Positions 1 to 7,456 of a stretch of 32,000 bases of DNA are shown here, one piece after another. How positions within the stretch are numbered: position 1 is the stretch's first letter; each line of letters starts with the position of its first letter. A model generated the notes under the pieces. The model had not been told where the DNA came from. It searched no databases and saw only the letters and a program-made list of their open reading frames with translations. A program made the position numbers and the translations under genes. Source of the stretch: Erysipelotrichaceae bacterium (lineage in GTDB: Bacteria; Bacillota_I; Bacilli_A; Erysipelotrichales; Erysipelotrichaceae); NCBI GenBank assembly GCA_050950925.1, contig JBMNIN010000003.1, positions 347,232 through 379,231 of the forward strand. Direction: 5' to 3'.

Positions 1-1
1 A

Positions 2-844
2 GAAAAAGCCAAAGAATTAAATGCCAATTTAATTTTAGCGGACCGAAATGTATCAATTACATTTAAAAGAATCTGGGCTAATTTAAATTTTGCTGATAAA
101 TTCAAACTTGTCACATTACTGCTTGCTTCTGTTTTAGAAGAGGAAGAAGTTACTGAAGAAGATTTAAAATCTCTCCAGCAGAAAGATATGCTGACTGCTG
201 CCCTTGATGAAGTAAGTAAACAGTTCCCCAACATTACCGAAGTTTTGGTTGACGAAAGAGATAAATATCTGGCTTACAAAATTAAAAATGCACCTGGTAA
301 GAATATCGTGGCAATATTGGGGGCAGCCCATACAATAAATATTCCCAAATATATTTTTATGGATTATGATATTTCCCAATATGATATTATTCCTGAAAAA
401 AAGAAAGCCGGTAAAATAGCCGGTTGGATTATTCCGATTATAATTGTCACTCTCATTTTGACAAGTTTTAAACTCGATACTTCCATTGGTTTTCAGCAAC
501 TTAAAGGATGGATTTTAATTAATGGTTCATTAAGTGCTTTGGGAGTTTTATTCTGTCGCGGACATATTCTGTCTATGTTAACTGCCTTTATTGCAGCACC
601 AGTTACTTCACTGAATCCTCTTCTGGCTGCCGGGTGGTTTGCGGGACTGGTAGAAGCCAGAATACTCAAGCCGACAGTTGCTGACTTTGATACTTTATCC
701 AGTGACTTAAACAGCTTTAAAGGATTTGTGAGCAATAAAGTTACAAGAATTTTACTGGTTGTACTTTTAGCAAATTTAGGAAGTACAATCGGCACATTTG
801 TAAGCGGTTTAAGTATTGTTAAGGCAATCTTCAATCTGATATAA
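2..844 (+). CDS. TraB/GumN family protein (pheromone-shutdown-like), 5' end outside window
   Basis: The frame is open from the window edge (EKAKELNANLILADRNVSITFKRIW...) and runs into track ORF 188..844. It has an ILGAAH motif and C-terminal hydrophobic segments typical of the TraB family. Confidence 0.75.
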   Translation, partial: EKAKELNANLILADRNVSITFKRIWANLNFADKFKLVTLLLASVLEEEEVTEEDLKSLQQKDMLTAALDEVSKQFPNITEVLVDERDKYLAYKIKNAPGKNIVAILGAAHTINIPKYIFMDYDISQYDIIPEKKKAGKIAGWIIPIIIVTLILTSFKLDTSIGFQQLKGWILINGSLSALGVLFCRGHILSMLTAFIAAPVTSLNPLLAAGWFAGLVEARILKPTVADFDTLSSDLNSFKGFVSNKVTRILLVVLLANLGSTIGTFVSGLSIVKAIFNLI

Positions 845-872
845 AAACAATCATATTATATTTAACACAATT

Positions 873-902
873 AAAATAAAGGATCAGTGAACCCTTTATT
901 TT
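873..902. terminator. Bidirectional hairpin between convergent traB-like and luxS genes
   Basis: AAAATAAAGG (873-882) pairs with CCTTTATTTT (893-902), flanked by A and T runs. It overlaps the luxS stop codon. Confidence 0.5.
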
Positions 903-1362
903 AATATCTTAATCTTCTGCAGGTTTCCAACTCTTTTTTATACTTTTTAATATAGTGTTTAGCCATTTTCAAATCCTGTTGTAAATAATTACCACACTCT
1001 TTGGCACTGGCTCCCGGTATTTCTCCTTCATATTCAATAATGAAGTCACACATACTGATAACCAGTGAATAGATATCCTCACTCAGCAAATCACCAAACA
1101 TTAACAGATAAAACCCTGTCCTGCAACCCATCGGCCCGAAATAGACAACATCATCTTTTTTTATACTGTTCCTTAAAAAAGTAGCACCTAAATGTTCGAT
1201 AGTATGTAAAGAACCATTATCAATTACCAGTTCAATATTAGGGATGGTAATCCTCAAATCAAAGGTTGTAACTGTCACATTACCTTTAGCATCTTTTCTT
1301 GAAACATATAATCCGGGTCTTAATTTTAAATGGTCAATTGTAAAACTTGTTATTTTCTCCAT
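901..1362 (-). CDS. luxS: S-ribosylhomocysteine lyase (autoinducer-2 synthase)
   Basis: 153 aa with the HTIEH metal motif (HxxEH) and the GPMGCRTGFY Cys motif. Length and N-terminus (SFTIDH) are typical of LuxS. Confidence 0.93.
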   Translation of the reverse strand: MEKITSFTIDHLKLRPGLYVSRKDAKGNVTVTTFDLRITIPNIELVIDNGSLHTIEHLGATFLRNSIKKDDVVYFGPMGCRTGFYLLMFGDLLSEDIYSLVISMCDFIIEYEGEIPGASAKECGNYLQQDLKMAKHYIKKYKKELETCRRLRY

Positions 1363-1390
1363 ACTTTTCTTCTTTCTTTCTATGCCTATA

Positions 1391-1630
1391 CTAATTCAGT
1401 TGAATTTTTTCGATAAACCACTTGCCTTCTTCTAAAAATAAATAGCGGTAACTGTTGCCTATCTTACAGGTAAATCTCAGACCCATTCCTCCGCTTCTTA
1501 ATGAGGCAGCAGGAATTATCTGGGTAATTTTGTCAATCGGATATTTTTCTCCATTCTCCCACAATATATATAATGGTCTGATCTGACCTGTTTTCTGATT
1601 CAGACAGATTACATCAACAAACTGTTTCAC
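1391..1630 (-). CDS. Small hypothetical protein translationally coupled to the Y-family polymerase
   Basis: 79-aa ORF whose ATG overlaps the dinB stop by 4 nt (ATGA at 1627-1630). It occupies the position YolD-like accessory genes take next to Y-family polymerases, but I recognise no motif. Confidence 0.5.
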   Translation of the reverse strand: MKQFVDVICLNQKTGQIRPLYILWENGEKYPIDKITQIIPAASLRSGGMGLRFTCKIGNSYRYLFLEEGKWFIEKIQLN

Positions 1631-2871
1631 TTCAAATCCTCCACATCTGTTAAATTATCGTTTTCACCAACCGGGTTATAATCGCTCAAATCTTTATCTA
1701 CCAGCATTGAAAGTTTCCTGATACTTTTATGTCCATACCTGCTTCTGATATCATCAATGGCATATTCCAGTTTTTCCTGCTGTCTTATTTCTTCAACATT
1801 TTCAAAAAGTGAAAGTTGCAGATGCTCTGACTGTTCAATAAACTTTCTGACTCTGATTCCTAACGTTCTCAACGGTTTTTGAAATTTGTAATTTTTACGA
1901 CATATTTCTTTAGCAGCTTTTAATATCATGCTGGATAAGTTTGTATACTCTTCCAGCTGCACCTGTCTGGTAAAACTTTTAAGCTGGCTGTCTCTAAAAT
2001 AAACAGAAACCTCCCTGGCCATCAAACCCTGTTGTCTTAATGATGTTGCAACTGATTCAGACAGGATATTTAAAATGATATCCACATCCTGCCAGTTTTC
2101 CATATTTCTGAAAGTAGTAATATTGTTGCCGATGGATTTGGCTTCCTGTCTGTGGTCAAATCTTGTGACTTCACTGTCATCTAAGCCATTGGCATAAACC
2201 CAAATCATTTCTCCCCATTTTCCAAACTTCTCTTTGAGAAAATTTACATCCTTATTGGCAATATCGCCAATAGTATACAAACCGTAAATCTTCAGCTGTT
2301 CATAACCTGATTTGCCAATAAATATCATCTCATTGGCTTTTAATGGCCAGACGATTTCTTTGTAATCTTCTTTGCTGATAACTGTCGTATAGTCCGGTTT
2401 TCTTAAATCACTGCCCAGTTTGGCAAATACCTTGTTGAAACTTACTCCTACTGAGGCTGTAATCCCTAACTCCGCTTTAATCTGCTCTCTTATTCTGTCA
2501 GCAATTTCTTTACCGCTGCCAAAATATTTGCTGTTGGTCACATCAAGCCAGGCTTCATCAATCCCAAAAGGTTCAACCAAGTCGGTGTACTGTAAAAAAA
2601 TTTTTCTGACCTTTAAAGAAAACTCTCCATACCTTTTATGATTGGGTCTTAAAATAATCAGATCAGGACATTTCTTTTTAGCCTGCCAGATGCTTTCGGC
2701 CGTAACAATATTATATTTTTTCGCAATCTGGTTTCTGGCTAAAACAATACCATGTCTTTCATCTTCACTTCCGCCAACAACCACCGGTTTACCTTTGACC
2801 TCAGGATGATACAGTTCTTCAACCGAAGCATAAAATGAATTCAAATCACAATGCAGTATTACTCTTTCCAT
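1627..2871 (-). CDS. dinB: DNA polymerase IV (Y-family translesion polymerase)
   Basis: The N-terminus ILHCDLNSFYASVE is the catalytic DxxxFYxSVE motif. IDEAWLDVT, a 414-aa length and SLF near the C-terminus also fit. Confidence 0.92.
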   Translation of the reverse strand: MERVILHCDLNSFYASVEELYHPEVKGKPVVVGGSEDERHGIVLARNQIAKKYNIVTAESIWQAKKKCPDLIILRPNHKRYGEFSLKVRKIFLQYTDLVEPFGIDEAWLDVTNSKYFGSGKEIADRIREQIKAELGITASVGVSFNKVFAKLGSDLRKPDYTTVISKEDYKEIVWPLKANEMIFIGKSGYEQLKIYGLYTIGDIANKDVNFLKEKFGKWGEMIWVYANGLDDSEVTRFDHRQEAKSIGNNITTFRNMENWQDVDIILNILSESVATSLRQQGLMAREVSVYFRDSQLKSFTRQVQLEEYTNLSSMILKAAKEICRKNYKFQKPLRTLGIRVRKFIEQSEHLQLSLFENVEEIRQQEKLEYAIDDIRSRYGHKSIRKLSMLVDKDLSDYNPVGENDNLTDVEDLK

Positions 2872-2877
2872 GATTTT

Positions 2878-2906
2878 ATATTACCATACACTTGAATTAT
2901 ATTCAA
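2878..2906 (-). promoter_or_regulatory. Putative dinB promoter (TTGAAT-17-TAATAT), placing the TSS at or next to the ATG
   Basis: On the minus strand the -35 TTGAAT is plus 2901-2906, the spacer is 17 nt, and the -10 TAATAT is plus 2878-2883. Only 6 nt separate the -10 from the ATG at 2871, and there is no SD sequence. Confidence 0.5.
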
Positions 2907-2907
2907 G
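2891..2907. promoter_or_regulatory. Perfect palindromic operator CTTGAAT-TAT-ATTCAAG
   Basis: 7-3-7 inverted repeat read directly from the sequence. It covers the -35 and spacer of the dinB promoter. A degenerate second copy (CTTGATTttatTTCAATTG, about 2916-2934) overlaps the -35 of the divergent repressor gene. Confidence 0.6.
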
Positions 2908-2916
2908 ATGAATCAC

Positions 2917-2945
2917 TTGATTTTATTTCAATTGTTTTTTATAAT
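2917..2945 (+). promoter_or_regulatory. Promoter of the S24 repressor gene (TTGATT-17-TATAAT)
   Basis: -35 at 2917-2922, 17-nt spacer, -10 at 2940-2945. A GAGGT SD lies just before the ATG at 2963. Confidence 0.6.
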
Positions 2946-2962
2946 TATATCGAGGTAAGAAG

Positions 2963-3571
2963 ATGAAATTTGCAAAGAATTTAAGGCATTTAAGAAAGCT
3001 GAATAACATTTCACAAAATGAATTGGCTGATTTTTTAGGCTATAAAAGTTTTACAACCATTCAGAAATGGGAAGATGGTTCTGCTACTCCTCCATATAGA
3101 GTTATTGTTAAAATTGCTGACTTTTTTGCGGTTGAAACAGAAACACTGATGCATCAGGATTTATCTGTCAATATGAAATCAGAAGTACCGGTATTGGGCT
3201 TTGTCAGAGGTGGACAGCCGATTTTCGCTGAACATCAATATATTGGCCTTGAACACGTATTTCCTGATGATGCCCGACATTCTGACTGTTTTTATTTGGA
3301 AGTTGTTGGTGACTCAATGAAAGATGCCAGAATTTTACCTAAAGACCTGTTATATGTAAAAAAACAAAACTATTTAAATAGTGGAGATATCGGCGTAATC
3401 TTATTAGATGATAATGAAGCAACAGTTAAAAGAGTTATCTACAAGAATGATTTAATGATTCTTCAACCAGAAAACAAAGAATATCAGCCACTGATTCTTA
3501 CTGCTGAAGATCAAAAAAAACGTAATGTCCGGATTATCGGCAAAGTATTACATAATAGAATCAAATTTTAA
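2963..3571 (+). CDS. XRE-family HTH + S24 peptidase repressor (LexA/CI-like)
   Basis: N-terminal HTH (LRKLNNISQNELADFLGYKSFTTIQKWE). C-terminal S24 domain with the GDSM Ser motif and the VKRV Lys. The linker reads GFVRGGQP where LexA has VAAGEP. Confidence 0.85.
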   Translation: MKFAKNLRHLRKLNNISQNELADFLGYKSFTTIQKWEDGSATPPYRVIVKIADFFAVETETLMHQDLSVNMKSEVPVLGFVRGGQPIFAEHQYIGLEHVFPDDARHSDCFYLEVVGDSMKDARILPKDLLYVKKQNYLNSGDIGVILLDDNEATVKRVIYKNDLMILQPENKEYQPLILTAEDQKKRNVRIIGKVLHNRIKF

Positions 3572-3596
3572 ACTCAAGTTATTTTGAGTTTTTATT
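3570..3596 (+). terminator. Intrinsic terminator
   Basis: AAACTCAA-gttatt-TTGAGTTT followed by a T-rich tail. Confidence 0.65.
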
Positions 3597-3606
3597 TATT
3601 CTTTTT

Positions 3607-3635
3607 TTGACATAAAATATATTTTTCAGTAGAAT
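3607..3635 (+). promoter_or_regulatory. Promoter TTGACA-17-TAGAAT for the lipoprotein gene
   Basis: Consensus -35 at 3607-3612, 17-nt spacer, -10 at 3630-3635. Confidence 0.6.
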
Positions 3636-3689
3636 AAGCCTGTTGAGTTTAATATTTTTTTATTACTTTTTTAGAAAGAGAGGGCAATT

Positions 3690-4343
3690 ATGAAAAAATT
3701 ATTAGTATTTATGATGACACTATTAATGGTGTTAACAATGACGGGTTGTGGTGACCCTAAGGAACCGGAAAAACCAAAATTAACTGAAGAACAAGCAATT
3801 GAGTTTGTTAAAGGATTACCACAATCTATTCCAGATTTAGAAAAAATGGCTGAAAACATGTTTAATATGAATACATTATTAGATTTAGTTAATGTAAAAG
3901 CAGAAGACACAATTCTTGATAAATCTGCACCACTTGATGAATTTAATAACGGTGTTGGCGCGGTTGATGTAGAATTACTTCAAGCAAGAATTAATGAAGT
4001 TTATTTTAAAGAATATGATATTGCAACTTTATTTAAAGATTTTATTGAAGATGGAAAACTTATTGCGCCTGTAAATATTTTAACAGATTTACCAGGCGAT
4101 GTTGAATTTGTTTACGGTGAAGAAATATTTGAAATTCATGAAGCTGGCGATAATTATATTGTTGTAAAAAGACATATTCCAATAACATTAGTTTATTCTA
4201 CAGACAATGTAGAGTACGACAAATCTTTAGACGCTTATTATACAGTTGTATTAACTGATAATGGACCAAGAGTTTATTCTTTCGATAGAGTCGCTGTTGG
4301 TGCTAGAGAACCTAAAATTGAACTGCCAGAAGTAGTAGAATAA
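3690..4343 (+). CDS. Lipoprotein of unknown function
   Basis: Signal peptide with lipobox (LTMTGC, Cys20) and a GAGAGGG SD upstream. No recognisable catalytic motif. Confidence 0.75.
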   Translation: MKKLLVFMMTLLMVLTMTGCGDPKEPEKPKLTEEQAIEFVKGLPQSIPDLEKMAENMFNMNTLLDLVNVKAEDTILDKSAPLDEFNNGVGAVDVELLQARINEVYFKEYDIATLFKDFIEDGKLIAPVNILTDLPGDVEFVYGEEIFEIHEAGDNYIVVKRHIPITLVYSTDNVEYDKSLDAYYTVVLTDNGPRVYSFDRVAVGAREPKIELPEVVE

Positions 4344-4356
4344 TTATAATACATTT

Positions 4357-4391
4357 GACGCATGTCTTTAAATGTAGATATGCGTCTTTTT
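4357..4391 (+). terminator. Intrinsic terminator
   Basis: GACGCAT (4357-4363) pairs with ATGCGTC (4380-4386), followed by TTTTT. Confidence 0.65.
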
Positions 4392-4406
4392 ATTTGAGGA
4401 GTTAAA

Positions 4407-4780
4407 ATGTTTTATATTAGAGAAAAATTGAGCAAATATTTTGAATATAATGAGTATAACAATTCAGAAGAATTGGAATGGTTTACGTCTTCGATTATGG
4501 CATTTTTTTGAAGGTTTAACCGATAAAGAGCTTGAGATGTATTCTAAAAATGCTTATGATATGAGAGAAGAACTTAATAGTATATCTTGGCCATTTGAAG
4601 AAGATTGTAGAAAACTATATTTTAGTAAAAGAAGCAAGAGCTTACATTATTAAAAATGATGACCAAGGAAATGCTTGGGATATGACAGACGATTTCTACT
4701 ATGTAATTTATGCAACTGTAGATGGATTAATAGTATGGAGCAACGACTGTAAACCAGTAGGAAAAGAACCTAGATTATAA
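4407..4780 (+). pseudogene. Small gene of unknown function split over three frames (two +1 shifts)
   Basis: ATG at 4407 has a GAGGAG SD (4396-4401). That frame stops at 4509-4511 inside a T7 run (4503-4509). Reading continues in the 4441 frame (EGLTDKELEMY...) and then the 4595 frame (KKIVENYILVKEARAY...), ending at 4780. Confidence 0.45.
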
Positions 4781-4805
4781 TATCCAGCACAATAGTTTAA
4801 AAATT

Positions 4806-4836
4806 AAGGACTTTGAAAAATAAGTCCTTTCTTTCT
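4806..4836 (+). terminator. Intrinsic terminator
   Basis: AAGGACTT (4806-4813) pairs with AAGTCCTT (4822-4829), followed by a T-rich tail. Confidence 0.6.
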
Positions 4837-4856
4837 ACTCAATTTTGCTTTTGTTA

Positions 4857-4885
4857 TTGAGAATGTAAAATAAATATGTTAAGAT
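4857..4885 (+). promoter_or_regulatory. Putative promoter TTGAGA-17-TAAGAT feeding the riboswitch
   Basis: Hexamers read at 4857-4862 and 4880-4885. The riboswitch P1 starts a few nt downstream. Confidence 0.4.
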
Positions 4886-4889
4886 AAAT

Positions 4890-5050
4890 CCATCAGATTT
4901 GGTGTATTTACTTAATAGGGAAATAAGTTTTATTCTTATGCTGTCCCAGCAACCGTGATACAGACGAAATTCAATTATGTCACTGCATTATTGTGGGAAG
5001 ACTGAATAGTAGGATGAAGTTAAGCCGGTAGACCTGCCAAAGACTGATAG
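4890..5050 (+). promoter_or_regulatory. Cobalamin (B12) riboswitch
   Basis: Conserved core elements appear in order: AATAGGGAA, GCTGTCCCAGCAACCGTGA, GTCACTG...GGGAAGAC, and the B12 box AGCCGGTAGACCTGCC. P1 candidate: TCAGATTTGG pairing with CCAAAGACTGA. Confidence 0.85.
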
Positions 5051-5101
5051 TTAGAGGTTTCTTCTGGGAGTGAGCAAACATTGAACTTTTTTGTTTATTT
5101 G

Positions 5102-5129
5102 GCCCATTTTCCTGGAAGATGGGCTTTTT
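5102..5129 (+). terminator. Riboswitch expression-platform terminator
   Basis: GCCCAT (5102-5107) pairs with ATGGGC (5119-5124), followed by TTTTT, just upstream of the SD GGAAGGTG and the ATG at 5145. Confidence 0.7.
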
Positions 5130-5144
5130 AAATGGAAGGTGACT

Positions 5145-5645
5145 ATGAAAGAATCTAAAAGAATGGCCAGAGTTGCATTAATTGGTGCTTTTCTATTCTG
5201 CACGTTTTTTTCATTGTCCAGTATCCTTTATCTTGAAGCTATCACTTTAATGATTATAGCAGTTGCTATGGTCTTTGATAGAAGAGACAGCTTTCAGGCA
5301 TCACTTGTTTTTGGAGTATTGTTAATATTGTACATGGGCTTAACTCCCTGGAGTGTTATGTATTTTATCATTTATCCCTGTTACTCTTTACTGACAAACT
5401 ACTTAAAACCACTTCTGAAGGAAAAAGAATGGTTGCTGATTGTTTATGGTTTTATTTTATCCTGCAGCACCGGTCTGATACTTGATTTACCATTTATTCT
5501 GGTATCAGAACTGGTAACCATTTACTATATCCTCACTGGTCTGAAAACAAGTCTGATTCAGGGAGCATTAACCGCCATGGAAATTGCCTTAATTTATCAG
5601 CCTCTGGAAAATGTATTATTTAAAATTAAGGAGATGCACAAATGA
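5145..5645 (+). CDS. Small polytopic membrane protein, B12-riboswitch controlled (CbrT-like ECF S-component candidate)
   Basis: 166 aa from the ATG at 5145; the track start at 5091 lies inside the terminator. Five or six hydrophobic helices. Size and B12 regulation match the predicted cobalamin S component CbrT, but family membership is not verified. Confidence 0.55.
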   Translation: MKESKRMARVALIGAFLFCTFFSLSSILYLEAITLMIIAVAMVFDRRDSFQASLVFGVLLILYMGLTPWSVMYFIIYPCYSLLTNYLKPLLKEKEWLLIVYGFILSCSTGLILDLPFILVSELVTIYYILTGLKTSLIQGALTAMEIALIYQPLENVLFKIKEMHK

Positions 5646-6067
5646 AAAACAAAAAGAAAATTATTACATTGCTGGCTATTATAGCGATTGTACTGGGAAT
5701 TGTATTTGTGATTAAAAAATTTGCTCAGCCAATTGAAAAACAGCAGGGAAGCAAACAAATCACCATTATTGTTATGAATCTGGAAGAAGAAGAAATCTTC
5801 AATAAAACTTATGGCACAGAAGCCGAATATTTAGATAAGTTACTGGAAGAAAACGCTGACGAATTACAGCTGGACATTTCTGAAATGACCGAAAATGGCA
5901 GAGCGGTCAATGGTTTATGCGGCTTTAAAGTTAACTGGGATACCGGACCATGGCTAATATATGAATCAGAGAATTCTGAGTGCTGTAAAGCAACCGGATT
6001 CTGTCCGTCAGTTGATAAATGTATAATTTTAGATGGAGAGATTTATATCTTCAAGTTCATTAATTGA
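5642..6067 (+). CDS. Membrane-anchored DUF4430-like (transcobalamin beta-domain-like) protein
   Basis: ATGA overlap with the upstream gene, with an AAGGAG SD. N-terminal TM anchor. The C-terminal pattern VNGLCG...GPWLIY...ILDGEIYIFKF resembles the DUF4430 signature (IdGl...gWmY.vNG...l.dGD.i.w.y). Confidence 0.5.
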   Translation: MKNKKKIITLLAIIAIVLGIVFVIKKFAQPIEKQQGSKQITIIVMNLEEEEIFNKTYGTEAEYLDKLLEENADELQLDISEMTENGRAVNGLCGFKVNWDTGPWLIYESENSECCKATGFCPSVDKCIILDGEIYIFKFIN

Positions 6068-6071
6068 TAAA

Positions 6072-6103
6072 AATGCCTTTGCTGATTTGCAAAGGTATTT
6101 TTA
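6072..6103. terminator. Bidirectional terminator between convergent genes
   Basis: CCTTTGC (6076-6082) pairs with GCAAAGG (6089-6095), with an A run before and a T run after. Confidence 0.6.
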
Positions 6104-7456
6104 TTAAAACTCATTTTTAAAACGTTCTAAGGCTTTAGCTACTCCGTCACTGTTAATGTCATCGGTGATATAATCAGCTTCAGCTTTCAGATTTTCTGAA
6201 CCATTTTCCATAGCAATTCCAATTCTGGCTTTCTGGACCATATCAATATCATTATCAGCATCCCCGAAAGCCATACAGTTATTCCAGGTTAACTCCGATA
6301 TCTTAAGCACTTCTTCAATGCCGGTAGACTTGTTGTATTCAGCATTATAAACCTCATAAGCCTGTGGATAGGCTTTGACAAATTTTACATTACTATATTT
6401 TTTTGAGATTTTCTCAATTACTTTTTCATCACCTATTAAAAAAGCGGCCATAGGTAAACCATGTTTCAAATGGTAGTTTTTTGTTGCTGTATAATCCTTA
6501 ACCAGATACTTTCTTTCTTCATGTTTTAAATATACTGCACAATACTCATCGTGCAGATTATAACTGGCAAGTTCGTCATCATACTTATAGGCCAAGGCAA
6601 CACCATACTTAACACAGTCATCAGTAAGTCTGTTCATATCTTCTAAAGAAATGGTGTGTTTAATAATAGAATTTAAATCCTTATTCAAAATAGACTGGCC
6701 GTTTATCGTTACTAAATAATCAGAATGTAATGAATTAAAGACATCATCCTGAATAAAACATTTAGATCTTCCGGTAGCAATCATCACCTTTATTCCCTTT
6801 TCTTTGCCCTTTTCTATTGCAGCTAAAGCACTTGGAGTAATCTTTGCTGAACCAAAAGGAATTAAAGTCCCATCAATATCAAAGATAATCATTTTTATTT
6901 TATTGTCCTTTTTCGGATTAAACAACACATATTTTTTTGATATTTCTTCTGTCTGATAACTTGTTTTAAAAACTTTTTCTCTTATTTCTTTAAAGCCATT
7001 TTTTTCAATTACTCTTTTTGACCTGTTGTTCCAGATAAAATGGCCACACATTACTAAATCTAATTTTTCAATTTCAAATAAATAATTAATAACTGCCTTT
7101 ACTGCTTCTGGCATGTATCCGTTTCCCCAGTAATCTTTACTTAAGACATAGCCAAATTCTACTCCTGATAGATTTTTATATTCTGGAAATTCCGTTTTAT
7201 TTATAGGTTTCAAACCAAATGATCCTATTACCTTATCATCTAAAACAATCGCAAACTCACTTTTGCTGCCGATAAACATCTTTAAAACTTCTTTTGTTTC
7301 TTCAATGTTTCTATGTGGCATCCAGCCAGCCATCTGGCCGACACCATCTACTTTTGCATACTCGTATACATCGTCTATATCAGTCATCCTGAAGGGTCTC
7401 AAAAATAATCTATCTGTTTTTATCATAATGTTACTGATATCTATTTTTTTATTCAT
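6104..7456 (-). CDS. Fusion protein: GNAT (RimJ/RimL-type) N-acetyltransferase + Cof-type HAD-IIB phosphatase
   Basis: The N-terminal half has LRPFRMTDIDDVYEY and YWGNGYMPEAVKAVINYLF (GNAT motif A region). The C-terminal half has IIFDIDGTL, ATGR and FGDADNDIDM (HAD motifs I-IV, Cof-like cap). I prefer the ATG at 7456 (MNKK), which has a GGAGAGG SD, over the track start at 7468. Confidence 0.8.
   Translation of the reverse strand: MNKKIDISNIMIKTDRLFLRPFRMTDIDDVYEYAKVDGVGQMAGWMPHRNIEETKEVLKMFIGSKSEFAIVLDDKVIGSFGLKPINKTEFPEYKNLSGVEFGYVLSKDYWGNGYMPEAVKAVINYLFEIEKLDLVMCGHFIWNNRSKRVIEKNGFKEIREKVFKTSYQTEEISKKYVLFNPKKDNKIKMIIFDIDGTLIPFGSAKITPSALAAIEKGKEKGIKVMIATGRSKCFIQDDVFNSLHSDYLVTINGQSILNKDLNSIIKHTISLEDMNRLTDDCVKYGVALAYKYDDELASYNLHDEYCAVYLKHEERKYLVKDYTATKNYHLKHGLPMAAFLIGDEKVIEKISKKYSNVKFVKAYPQAYEVYNAEYNKSTGIEEVLKISELTWNNCMAFGDADNDIDMVQKARIGIAMENGSENLKAEADYITDDINSDGVAKALERFKNEF

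Noticed and set aside
164-834. Track ORFs 164..499(-) and 493..834(-) antisense to the TraB gene
   Set aside because: They lie entirely inside a well-supported plus-strand CDS, have low-complexity antisense-type composition and carry no SD or motifs.
2872-2962. Canonical Gram-positive LexA (Cheo) box GAAC-N4-GTTC upstream of dinB
   Set aside because: It is not present in the intergenic region. The only strong dyad is CTTGAAT-N3-ATTCAAG, so I report a non-canonical operator instead of an SOS box.
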